From positions 28,849-92,848 of the forward strand of contig CANLTZ010000018.1 in NCBI GenBank assembly GCA_947494145.1: a DNA stretch of 64,000 bases. The letters are read 5' to 3'. The notes under the pieces are model-generated. The model saw only the letters and a program-made list of their open reading frames with translations, did no database searches and was not told where the DNA came from. The DNA is from an uncultured Jannaschia sp. (lineage in GTDB: Bacteria > Pseudomonadota > Alphaproteobacteria > Rhodobacterales > Rhodobacteraceae). Below are positions 29,959 to 38,235 of the stretch, in pieces. The position numbers and the translations under genes were made by a program. The first letter of the stretch is position 1; each line of letters starts with the position of its first letter.

Positions 29959-30780
29959 ATGCAGAACCGCGACCTGAAGACACTTCGCATGATCGCGCGG
30001 ACCGGCAGCTTTCGCGAAGCGGCGGACCGGCTCAACATGACGCTATCGGCGGTGTCGATGCAGATGAAATCACTGGAAACGACGCTGGGTGCTGCGCTTT
30101 TCGACCGCACGACACGCCCGCCAAAGCTCACACCGTTGGGCCGGGCCGTGGCCGACCGGGCGGGCGATGTGCTGGATGCAGAAGCCGCGCTGCGGGCCCT
30201 GGCTGGGCCGGATGCGCCGCTGGCGGGCCGGTTCCGGCTGGGGCTGGTGGCCAGCGCGGGGCCAAGGTTTCTACCCCGCTTTTTGCAAACGGCGCCAGGT
30301 GCCCTGCCCTATGCCAGTTTCGACTTTCGAACAGGCCTGAGCGAATGGTTGGAAGACGAAGTGGCCAGCCGCTCGCTGGACGCAGCCGTTCTGACAGCCA
30401 CGGGCACGCCCCCGGGCGGGCTGCGCCACCACGTCTTGGCCCGCGACCGGCTTGTGGCGGCGGCGCGACCCGGCCTGCCGGAAACCGCGCCGTTCTTGCA
30501 TTTCGCCCCATCGACGGGAATCGGGCGATTGATCGCGGCGGCCTTGGTCCGACGGCCCGATTTGGCCGCACGGCCCCGTATCGTATTGGATCACTTGATG
30601 ACGATCCGCGCCTGCCTGGAATCGGGTGCGGGCGCGACCATCCTGCCTGAGATCGATTTGGAAGGGATGGAGATGCTCCGCGACCCGCTGCCCGACACGC
30701 GGACTTTGGTGCTTGCGACAGCCGAAGGCACGGCGTTGGACCGGGAAGCGACCCGCTTGGCGAATTTGCTGGCGGGGTGA
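29959..30780 (+). CDS. LysR-family transcriptional regulator
   Basis: GSFREAADRLNMTLSAVSMQMKSLE HTH; divergent from the acdA operon. Confidence 0.9.
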   Translation: MQNRDLKTLRMIARTGSFREAADRLNMTLSAVSMQMKSLETTLGAALFDRTTRPPKLTPLGRAVADRAGDVLDAEAALRALAGPDAPLAGRFRLGLVASAGPRFLPRFLQTAPGALPYASFDFRTGLSEWLEDEVASRSLDAAVLTATGTPPGGLRHHVLARDRLVAAARPGLPETAPFLHFAPSTGIGRLIAAALVRRPDLAARPRIVLDHLMTIRACLESGAGATILPEIDLEGMEMLRDPLPDTRTLVLATAEGTALDREATRLANLLAG

Positions 30781-30891
30781 TGGCTATTGTGGGGGTAGCG
30801 GCTTTCCCGCTACGCGCCCAGCAAGCCCGCAAGGCGCCCTCACGGCCAAGCATTTGTCCAAGACCGATGGCGCCCAACTTAAAAAAGGTTC

Positions 30892-31368
30892 CTAACGCGC
30901 GGCTTCGGCCACGGCCGCAAAGGCCGCGTCGAGTTCTGCGGCGATGGGCGCAAGTTCAGGCGTTTCCGCAATATAGGGTGCCAAGCGCCGCGACGGCGGA
31001 ATATAGGAAAGCGTCGCCGTGCCATCGGCATTTTCGGTGACATAGACGCGAATGGGCGCCTCGATCATGGCGGGCGTCGACAACCGCAGAATGCGCACGG
31101 CAAAGTCGTTGTTGAACAATCCGATGACGCGGTTGCCCGGGATCTCGATCCCACGGGACGCCGCGGCACCCGTGGGCCCTGCCATGGTCACCACGGCAAG
31201 GCCGCCCGCCTTGGCCGCAGCGCGAGTATCCGCCGCGAGGGTTTCGAAATCCTTATTAGTCGCAATGACCTGCCAGCCGTCTTCCGGCGCCATATCGGCT
31301 ACGTCAGCGAAGACCATGGGCGCAAGCGCCAGCCAGAGGGCAATGAAAAGCGGAAAGCGTATGGACAT
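30892..31368 (-). CDS. DUF302-domain exported protein (host gene, in frame with the integrase ORF)
   Basis: Signal-peptide-like start MSIRFPLFIALWLALAPMVFA; AMIEAPIRVYVTE..DG...LSY motif. Confidence 0.7.
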   Translation of the reverse strand: MSIRFPLFIALWLALAPMVFADVADMAPEDGWQVIATNKDFETLAADTRAAAKAGGLAVVTMAGPTGAAASRGIEIPGNRVIGLFNNDFAVRILRLSTPAMIEAPIRVYVTENADGTATLSYIPPSRRLAPYIAETPELAPIAAELDAAFAAVAEAAR

Positions 31369-33198
31369 GGTGGTACCTGCGGCGGGAAGCGACGGCAGAC
31401 CAACATCCCCGCAACGCCGCGACAAGTCTTGCCCGTTCACGTTCCCGTTGCCCCTTGCGAAGATGGTGCCCCTTGGCATAGACCCGCCGGCGGACAGGTG
31501 GCCGAGTGGTCGAAGGCGCGCGCCTGGAAAGTGCGTAGGCGGGAAACCGTCTCGAGGGTTCGAATCCCTTCCTGTCCGCCACCCTGGAACATAAGTGCGA
31601 ACGCCGTTCGCCGCCGTTCCTACGCCATCCGAAGAGGCCAGCGCTCGGATCAGCTCGTCATGCGAGCCCATGATGCGGACTTCGCGATCTGCTACTTCGA
31701 CTCGCTGCGCCAAAGCCCGCAAATGATCGCGCCGAAATCCGCCGTCCTTTCCACGCATCTTCTGCCGGGCGGACTTCGCCATTCGGCGTAGGTGCTTTGG
31801 CGAGAGATGCTGGCCTGCATTCTGGATCGCGCTTTTAGCGCGCTCGGCGTCGATGCGTGCCTGGTCTCGCGTTGCCGTCAACTCGACGACCCGCTCGCGC
31901 AACGACGGATCGTCGAGATCAGCAATCCCACTTTCGATGGCGCCATAGAGGCGCTTCAAGCGCTGCTCAGCTTCCGCCGCCCGTTTCGTCAGCTCATTGG
32001 CCGTATCGCGACGGCGGGTATCTCGCTCTTCCCGGCGGTCAAGATGCGCTGACAGCAGATCTTCCAGCCGCTTCGGATTGAGCAGTCGGCGTTCGAGATG
32101 CTCCGCAACCAGATGGTCGAGCTTGTCCATCCGGATCGTCCGGCCTAGGCACCCGGTCTTGCCTTGCCGGGCCGCCGTTGAACAAGTGTAGTAGCGGTAG
32201 TGCTTCGCTTTGCCCGATGTGCGCAGCGTCATGGCCCCACCGCACTCCGCGCAGAAGGCGATGCCGGTGAGCAAGGTCGGCCCACTGACGGTGCGGCCCG
32301 GCGTCACCATCGGCGCGCGCCTCTTGAGGAGCTTCTGGACAGCATCGAACGTCTCGAGGTCCACGATGGGCGGCACCGCAACGGTGATGACTTCGGTCTG
32401 CTGCTTGGGCGTTCCGTCCTTGTAGCTCTTTCCCCATTCATGCTCGCCGATATAGGTCCGGCGGGTCAGGATGCGGTGGACCGTGCCGACGCCCCAACGT
32501 CCGCCGGTACGCGTATAAAGCTTGCGCTCATTGAGATAGGTGGCGATCGCCTTGACACCCATGCGACCGCTTTCGCCATCGCCGTTCAGCGCCAGCTGGA
32601 ACATCAGCCGGATCGTGTCCGCATGCAGCGGATCGATCTCAAGGACCTTCTTGACCTTCGCGCCGCGCTTCTCGGCATCGACCACGCGATAGCCAACCGG
32701 CGGCAACGAACCGTTCCAAAAGCCTTGTCGCGCATTTTCTTTCAGCGCCCGCAGCGTGTGCTTGGCGTTTTCCTTCGACTGATACTCATCGAAGAGCGCC
32801 ATGATCTGGCGCATCATGACATGCATCGGATCGTCGCCGAGTTCCTGCGTCATCGAAACCAGCTTCACGCCGTTCTTCGCGAGCTTGCGGACGTAAAACT
32901 CAAGTTCGAAGTGATCGCGGAAGAAGCGACTGAACGAATGGACCACCACGATATCGAAGGCAGAAGGCTTTGCCGTTCCCGCTTCGATCAAGCGCTGGAA
33001 CTCCGGCCGCTTGTCGTTCGTCGCCGACGCCCCTGGCTCGACATAGGTTTCGACGAGGTCGTATCCGCGCGCCTCACAGTAGGTCTCGCCCTGGCGCTTC
33101 TGATCAGGAATGGAGACATCGTGCTCCGCCTGCCGTGCCGTCGAGACGCGCAGGTAGAGCGCGGCCCGCTGCTTCATTACAGGCTGCGGCGCGTTCAC
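30892..33198 (-). CDS. Large serine recombinase (integrase); about 539 ICE-encoded codons, ORF continues without a stop through the tRNA into the DUF302 gene
   Basis: YLRVSTARQ catalytic Ser, VHSFSRFFRD, CAECGG/YYTC zinc ribbon, coiled coil; GTG start overlaps the higA TGA. Confidence 0.9.
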   Translation of the reverse strand: MNAPQPVMKQRAALYLRVSTARQAEHDVSIPDQKRQGETYCEARGYDLVETYVEPGASATNDKRPEFQRLIEAGTAKPSAFDIVVVHSFSRFFRDHFELEFYVRKLAKNGVKLVSMTQELGDDPMHVMMRQIMALFDEYQSKENAKHTLRALKENARQGFWNGSLPPVGYRVVDAEKRGAKVKKVLEIDPLHADTIRLMFQLALNGDGESGRMGVKAIATYLNERKLYTRTGGRWGVGTVHRILTRRTYIGEHEWGKSYKDGTPKQQTEVITVAVPPIVDLETFDAVQKLLKRRAPMVTPGRTVSGPTLLTGIAFCAECGGAMTLRTSGKAKHYRYYTCSTAARQGKTGCLGRTIRMDKLDHLVAEHLERRLLNPKRLEDLLSAHLDRREERDTRRRDTANELTKRAAEAEQRLKRLYGAIESGIADLDDPSLRERVVELTATRDQARIDAERAKSAIQNAGQHLSPKHLRRMAKSARQKMRGKDGGFRRDHLRALAQRVEVADREVRIMGSHDELIRALASSDGVGTAANGVRTYVPGWRTGRDSNPRDGFPPTHFPGARLRPLGHLSAGGSMPRGTIFARGNGNVNGQDLSRRCGDVGLPSLPAAGTTMSIRFPLFIALWLALAPMVFADVADMAPEDGWQVIATNKDFETLAADTRAAAKAGGLAVVTMAGPTGAAASRGIEIPGNRVIGLFNNDFAVRILRLSTPAMIEAPIRVYVTENADGTATLSYIPPSRRLAPYIAETPELAPIAAELDAAFAAVAEAAR
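31492..31581 (+). tRNA. tRNA-Ser (anticodon GGA); ICE integration site
   Basis: Acceptor stem GGACAGG/CCTGTCC, G discriminator, encoded CCA, anticodon loop CT-GGA-AA, long variable arm, GTTCGAATC T-loop; 90 nt. Confidence 0.96.
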
Positions 33199-33497
33199 GC
33201 TGCTTTCCTTAAGGCTCTTTGCACCGCCTTGGGGTTGCGGTCGATGACGAGCAGGTACGCCCGCGCAGGGCCTTCCGGCACCCGCTGCCCTTGCTCCCAA
33301 TGGCGCAGTGTCTTGATCGAGAAGCCGAACCGCCCGGCGAACTCTTCCTGCGTCATGTTCAGCTTCGTGCGGATCGCCTTCACGTCGATCACAGCGGGAA
33401 TGTGGACACCGTATTGGTTCTCGTCCGCCGTCTCTTCAGCATAGGCTACGGCCTCTTCCAACCCGCGCCGGATGCTATCGGCTGCCTTGCCGCTCAT
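33195..33497 (-). CDS. higA: HigA-type XRE antitoxin
   Basis: DVKAIRTKLNMTQEEFAGRFGFSIKTLRHWEQG..PEGPARAYL. Confidence 0.85.
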   Translation of the reverse strand: MSGKAADSIRRGLEEAVAYAEETADENQYGVHIPAVIDVKAIRTKLNMTQEEFAGRFGFSIKTLRHWEQGQRVPEGPARAYLLVIDRNPKAVQRALRKAA

Positions 33498-33862
33498 GAT
33501 CCGCTCCTCTTGAGATAGGCTTCCTTCAATCGCGCGGTCAGCTCGCGAAACCCATTGCGATCAGCCTGACCGATGTCGGCGCGCTGGTTCTTGGCGAACG
33601 CTGTCAGCGCGAAGAGCGGCATGGCACCACTATGATAGAAGTAGATCACCCGCGCGCCGCCTCGCTTGCCGCGACCGGGCAAGGCCCATCGCAGCTTCCG
33701 CACGCCGCCAGTGCCGGGAACGACATCGCCGGCCGCAGGATTGTAGGCAAGATAATCCACCAACAAGGCACGCTCCTCTTCATCCATCATGCGACCCGTG
33801 GCGGAGATAAATTCCGGCGTCTCGATGACGCTGACGGGCGCTTCCTTCACCATTATTAACAT
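33494..33862 (-). CDS. higB: RelE/HigB-family toxin
   Basis: NPAAGDVVPGTGGVRKLRW..GRGKRGGARVIY; toxin-first order with ATGA overlap. Confidence 0.85.
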   Translation of the reverse strand: MLIMVKEAPVSVIETPEFISATGRMMDEEERALLVDYLAYNPAAGDVVPGTGGVRKLRWALPGRGKRGGARVIYFYHSGAMPLFALTAFAKNQRADIGQADRNGFRELTARLKEAYLKRSGS

Positions 33863-33900
33863 ACTCCAATGAGGCAGTTAGGGCAAGTTGTTTCGACCGC

Positions 33901-34155
33901 CTATTCGCGGCCGGACTCCGGTCCGAACATTTCGTCGAGAAGGTCACGAAACCAGCGTTCGAAGACATCGACCTCTTCGGGCGTGACCGGAACATCGTCC
34001 GGCCAATCATCCACGACCCGCCAATCTGACAGATCGTCCGCGATTGGACGGCCACGCGGTTTCGGCTCGGGCAGTTTGCAGTAGTCATAGAGATCGAACC
34101 GTTCCGTTTGACTGGAGTGGGCGCGTCGTCGGCTGGGTTTTCGCGGAGATGGCAT
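33901..34155 (-). CDS. Small hypothetical protein with basic N-terminus and acidic C-terminus
   Basis: 84 aa; DLYDYCKLPEPKPRGRP and DDWPDDVPVTPEEVDVFERWFRDLLDEMFG; same strand as the integrase operon. Confidence 0.6.
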   Translation of the reverse strand: MPSPRKPSRRRAHSSQTERFDLYDYCKLPEPKPRGRPIADDLSDWRVVDDWPDDVPVTPEEVDVFERWFRDLLDEMFGPESGRE

Positions 34156-34570
34156 GCGCCGAAGCTGGCTACGCGGCAGGCATCTTTGAAGAGATCACAG
34201 ATCGTAGTAGCATGCTGGGACGCAAAGGCAGGCAATCGGCGAAGGCTCTTCCAGGGTTGTATGCCAGCCGACCAATTCAAAAGGGTCGCGTTCTTTTCCG
34301 GCCGCCAAGTTGCGACCAGTCAGTCAGTTATCGCCAGCTCACAATTCAAATGGAACCTTCCGAAAAAACCGTTTCGAAAGGCGCAGAAATGTGGTGTCTA
34401 TTTCTGCCTTTAGGGACATCATTGGTTTTGAACTACACTTTTCGGCAAATGTACTCGGCGGGCGAAGTTGGCACGCCCAGTCGAGAACAGACGGCGAATT
34501 CTCAACTTGACGTTGCTTTGACCTTCAATGATGCTCGTTCTAACGCAGTTGCGAGGGGCACCGCTTTGAC

Positions 34571-35497
34571 ATGATTGAGAAATACCCCCGTGACTGGGAT
34601 GGACACGAATGGGAACAGTTCAGTCTCCGGTTAGTCCGAGAACGTCATGGCGCCGAGAACGTGCAGCCGATACCTGCCCGGGTGAAGGGTGATCTCGGCA
34701 TCGAGTGCATCACGACCGATGGTTGCGTTTATCAAAGCTATGCACCCGAAGAGACTGGCGATACCGGGAAAGCCGCAAGCGCCATGCGTGCGAAAGCCAA
34801 TCGTGATTTGAACAAGCTCATAAAAAACAAAGACAAAATTTTACAACTCCTAGCCGGCATTGAAATACGCCGCTGGATTATGCTGTGTCCGTTCCTGGAT
34901 GATAAAGATGTCGTCAAAACTGTCGCAAAAAAGGCGAGCGAAATACAGACTGCAGGATTGCGGTTTTTGACTAGTGATTTTCGCGGTCTTGTCCACTGCC
35001 AAGAGGACTTTTCAAAAGAAATAGAAAAAATCAGATTGGAGGCCTGTGGCACTACTCTGGCATTGAAAACGCCTGATGCTGATGAGATCTCGGACACTGG
35101 CAATGCGATTGATGAAACGCTCGATCAAAAGATTGGCCGCGGCTTCCCGCAGCTTGACCCCGAACAAGCAGCAAATCGAAAACGTCGCTTCTTGGGTACG
35201 CATATCAGAGCTGAGAACGCCCTTGAGCAGTTGAAACGCGATGCACCTGAGCTCTGGGAGAAGGCCACGATGGCAATAGCCTTGGAAGAAGACCGGCTTG
35301 AGACGTCCGGTCCCGTTTCCGGCGCAACTGGAGATCTGCTGACAAGCGAGCAGGACCGACTGTATCAAGCGCTTTCAGCCGCGCTCCCAACCTTGGAGGC
35401 GAATGCGATCCGCGCAATCGCAATCGGACAGCTCGGGACCTGGCTAATCGAATGCCCGCTTGATTTCGCAGCTTCTCAGAACAGCGCGTCACAATGA
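34571..35497 (+). CDS. ABC-three-component/Lamassu LmuA-like effector: putative REase-fold nuclease plus CTD
   Basis: N-terminal WE...GDLGIEC...YQSYAPE; C-terminal GTWLIECPLDF typical of ABC-3C CTDs. Confidence 0.7.
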   Translation: MIEKYPRDWDGHEWEQFSLRLVRERHGAENVQPIPARVKGDLGIECITTDGCVYQSYAPEETGDTGKAASAMRAKANRDLNKLIKNKDKILQLLAGIEIRRWIMLCPFLDDKDVVKTVAKKASEIQTAGLRFLTSDFRGLVHCQEDFSKEIEKIRLEACGTTLALKTPDADEISDTGNAIDETLDQKIGRGFPQLDPEQAANRKRRFLGTHIRAENALEQLKRDAPELWEKATMAIALEEDRLETSGPVSGATGDLLTSEQDRLYQALSAALPTLEANAIRAIAIGQLGTWLIECPLDFAASQNSASQ

Positions 35498-35970
35498 CAG
35501 ACTCAGACGCCACTTTTTTATTCAGAGAGCGTCCAAAACCCTGCGCTGGCGATATGCGCATATCTTGGCGTATCTCGGTGACACTCTTAGCCTTGCTGCA
35601 CTCACGAGGGAAGAAAGCATCGTTCGCAAAACTGCACGTCCTTAACGACGCCCTGCGCTCGTCGGCGTCTCAGGAAAAACTTCAGGCAATCCTGGATCAA
35701 GAAATTCCAGCCTATACATGGCGGCTGCGTGTTGAACCTGCATTTACACGGGCTCTCGATTTTATGGTCGGAGAAGGTTTTGCAACTTGGTCGGTAAGTA
35801 GCGGCAGGACAACACTCACTCTCACAACGAGGGGAATTGAAGCAGCGAAGGATGTCGTTTCAGTTGAAGACGCCCTGGTTGACGAACGAGCATTCTTGAG
35901 TGGCTTCGCAGCGAAAATAACTGAAGGTTTTGTGCAGCAGCTGTTGCTGGTCGGAAAGCGCCTATTATGA
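35494..35970 (+). CDS. ABC-three-component middle component (LmuC-like)
   Basis: 158 aa between effector and ATPase, ATGA overlaps at both ends, predicted wHTH-like segment RVEPAFTRALDFMVGEG. Confidence 0.68.
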   Translation: MTDSDATFLFRERPKPCAGDMRISWRISVTLLALLHSRGKKASFAKLHVLNDALRSSASQEKLQAILDQEIPAYTWRLRVEPAFTRALDFMVGEGFATWSVSSGRTTLTLTTRGIEAAKDVVSVEDALVDERAFLSGFAAKITEGFVQQLLLVGKRLL

Positions 35971-38012
35971 TCCAAATCCGCCACATCAGGCTACGCTCGA
36001 TCACCGCCGAGAACACCTATGGTGTCGATGTACCCTTATCACCGGGGCTTAACGTCATCCAAGCTGACAACACGTCCGGTAAGTCGACGACATTAATGTC
36101 TATTATCTATGGGCTCGGTCTGGAACGCGCCATCGGTCCGAAGCTCGATGTCCCACTGCCCTACGCCATGCGCGAGCGAATTCAAAGCGCTCCTGATAGC
36201 CCTTACGAAACTGTTCTTGAGTCCCATGTTGCGATCGAACTTGCCAACGATAACGGCGAGTACATGACCGTTCGCCGCGACATTACGGGTGCGGCCGAGC
36301 AAAAGCTGGTGCGGACTTGGGATTGCCGGCTCGATGAAGTCGATCTTGGCCTGGGCAACCAGCGCGATTTCTTCCTTTACGATGCAGGCGCAGCGATCCG
36401 CGAGGACGGGTTCCACCATCGCCTTGCCACTTTCGTCGGCTGGGATCTTCCGCAAGTGCCTCGCTTTGATGGCGACGAAGGTCTCCTCTATGTCGAGACC
36501 CTGTTCCCCATGTTCTTTGTCGAACAAAAGAGAGGGTGGTCGGCAATTCAAGGACCGCTTCCAACCTACTTAGGAATACAAGATCTTCCGCGCCGGGTGA
36601 TGGAGTTCATCCTCGATCTTGACGCAGGGAAAGTGCGCCGCCGCAGAAGCGAACTCCGTAAGGAACTATTGATCCTGCAAACCCGCTATCGCGAGCTTCG
36701 GAAAGAAGTTGTTGAAGGCAAGAGCACACTGGTTCGGATCGAAGGGCTGCCCAACGAGCCAACTGCGAGTTTCGGGCAGGAAGGCGCTGTGCAGCTTTCA
36801 GTCTACTATGGAGAGGAATGGCGCTCGCTGAGCAATGTAGCAGAGGAGATCCGGAGTCGGGTCAGTGCCTTTGACGAAGCGGAGTTTGCCGTCGTTGATG
36901 ACGCTGAGACTGGACTTAAAGTAGAGCTTGCCGACGCCGAAGAGCGCTATGCTAATTTGAACGCACAGATTCAGGTGCTCAGGCAGGATTTCCAACTCGC
37001 GCGCAGTGAGCGGCAGGGCTTCAAAGATCGTGTAGAGGCTCTAGAAGTCGACCTTCTGAGGAACCAAGACGCCCTCAAACTTCAGAAGCTTGGATCAACG
37101 CTCGGGTCAGCGGCCACTGATCACACGTGTCCCACGTGCCAGCAAGCCGTGGCAACAGAACTGCTGCCAGCCGTTAGCCGCGAAGCGATGGGGCTCGAGG
37201 AAAACGTTGTCTTCATCAAGTCGCAGCTGGACCTATACCGCGCGATGCTTGGATCGGCATCTGACAGTATTGATCTGATTAACGTCAGGTATCAATCCTT
37301 GCGCGAAGACCTTCAAGAACAGCGTTCAAAAATCAGATCCCTCAAGCGCGACCTGCTTCGACCAACCAAGAGCCCCGCTCGCTCGGAACTGGAAGAAATC
37401 GTGCGCCTCGAAGCACGGCTCGAACGGTGGCAAGCGCAGCAGGAGAAAGTGGATGGCGCCGTCGATGCCTTGCGAACCATCGCCCAGGAATGGGCCGGCG
37501 TCCGCGCGGAGCTGAAAGAGCTCGGCCCGGGAAATCTCACGATGTCAGACCAAGCGAAGATCAATGCTTTTCAAGGCACCATACAAGACTTGCTTGGTCG
37601 TTTTCGTTTTCAATCCTTCCGCGCGAGCGACATCACGCTCTCCCAAGACGACTTCCGCCCCCAAGTTGTCACGGAAGACGACGATGGCGACAGGCTGGTC
37701 AAAGACATCGGTTTCGAGGCGTCTGCAAGTGATGGCATTCGGCTGAAATGGTCGTATATACTTTCGCTGCTACAATTATCGAAAAGCTACGAAACAAACC
37801 ATGTTGGATTTGCTGTCTTCGATGAACCCGGGCAGCAGCAAATGCGAGAGCTGGATTTAGCCGCCTTCTTTGCAGCCAGTGCGAAAGGTGCTGGAACTGA
37901 CCGACAAATCCTCGTGACCACATCCGAGGTCCTCGACCGCGTAAATGCGTCCCTCGAAGGCGTCGAAGCAACAATTCACTCCTATGATGGCTTTATTCTC
38001 CAAGCGACCTAA
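35967..38012 (+). CDS. SMC/Rad50-like ABC ATPase (LmuB-like)
   Basis: Walker A ADNTSGKST, long coiled coils, CPTC zinc hook, signature-like ASASDG, Walker B AVFDEP. Confidence 0.78.
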   Translation: MIQIRHIRLRSITAENTYGVDVPLSPGLNVIQADNTSGKSTTLMSIIYGLGLERAIGPKLDVPLPYAMRERIQSAPDSPYETVLESHVAIELANDNGEYMTVRRDITGAAEQKLVRTWDCRLDEVDLGLGNQRDFFLYDAGAAIREDGFHHRLATFVGWDLPQVPRFDGDEGLLYVETLFPMFFVEQKRGWSAIQGPLPTYLGIQDLPRRVMEFILDLDAGKVRRRRSELRKELLILQTRYRELRKEVVEGKSTLVRIEGLPNEPTASFGQEGAVQLSVYYGEEWRSLSNVAEEIRSRVSAFDEAEFAVVDDAETGLKVELADAEERYANLNAQIQVLRQDFQLARSERQGFKDRVEALEVDLLRNQDALKLQKLGSTLGSAATDHTCPTCQQAVATELLPAVSREAMGLEENVVFIKSQLDLYRAMLGSASDSIDLINVRYQSLREDLQEQRSKIRSLKRDLLRPTKSPARSELEEIVRLEARLERWQAQQEKVDGAVDALRTIAQEWAGVRAELKELGPGNLTMSDQAKINAFQGTIQDLLGRFRFQSFRASDITLSQDDFRPQVVTEDDDGDRLVKDIGFEASASDGIRLKWSYILSLLQLSKSYETNHVGFAVFDEPGQQQMRELDLAAFFAASAKGAGTDRQILVTTSEVLDRVNASLEGVEATIHSYDGFILQAT

Positions 38013-38177
38013 CGGCTTGGAAACGTAGCATTAGCTGCATTCGGCACCGGATGTTCGACTAGTGGCCCTTCAAGGGGAAAGCCTTCCCCTGCGGTCGAGC
38101 CTGTAGTCTCGCCCGACCCCTTCTGCGGGGAGACCCCGCAACGCCCCCTTCAGAGTAAGAGGTCTGCGGCTATCGCC

Positions 38178-38229
38178 GTGACGGGTTTGGAGGTCGAGAG
38201 AGAGGCTCTCGGACCGCCCGTCATGGAGA
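38178..38229 (+). promoter_or_regulatory. Structured leader hairpin, copy 1 (abuts DUF932 RBS)
   Basis: GTGACGGG..GGTC-GAGAG..CTCTC-GACC..CCCGTC followed by GGAG; second copy at 39509. Confidence 0.55.
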
Positions 38230-38235
38230 TCAGCC

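Noticed and set aside
4582-30840. Recurring CCTTGCGG-like motif after stop codons near 4585, 19605 and 30825
   Set aside because: Too short and GC-rich to distinguish from chance
30892-33300. A single ordinary 802-aa protein as listed in the ORF track
   Set aside because: The first 34 codons overlap higA, and the ORF is a composite of integrase, antisense tRNA and a host DUF302 gene
34044-34574. 176-aa plus-strand ORF upstream of the defence operon
   Set aside because: No recognisable domain, overlaps the minus-strand 84-aa gene, more likely a divergent promoter region
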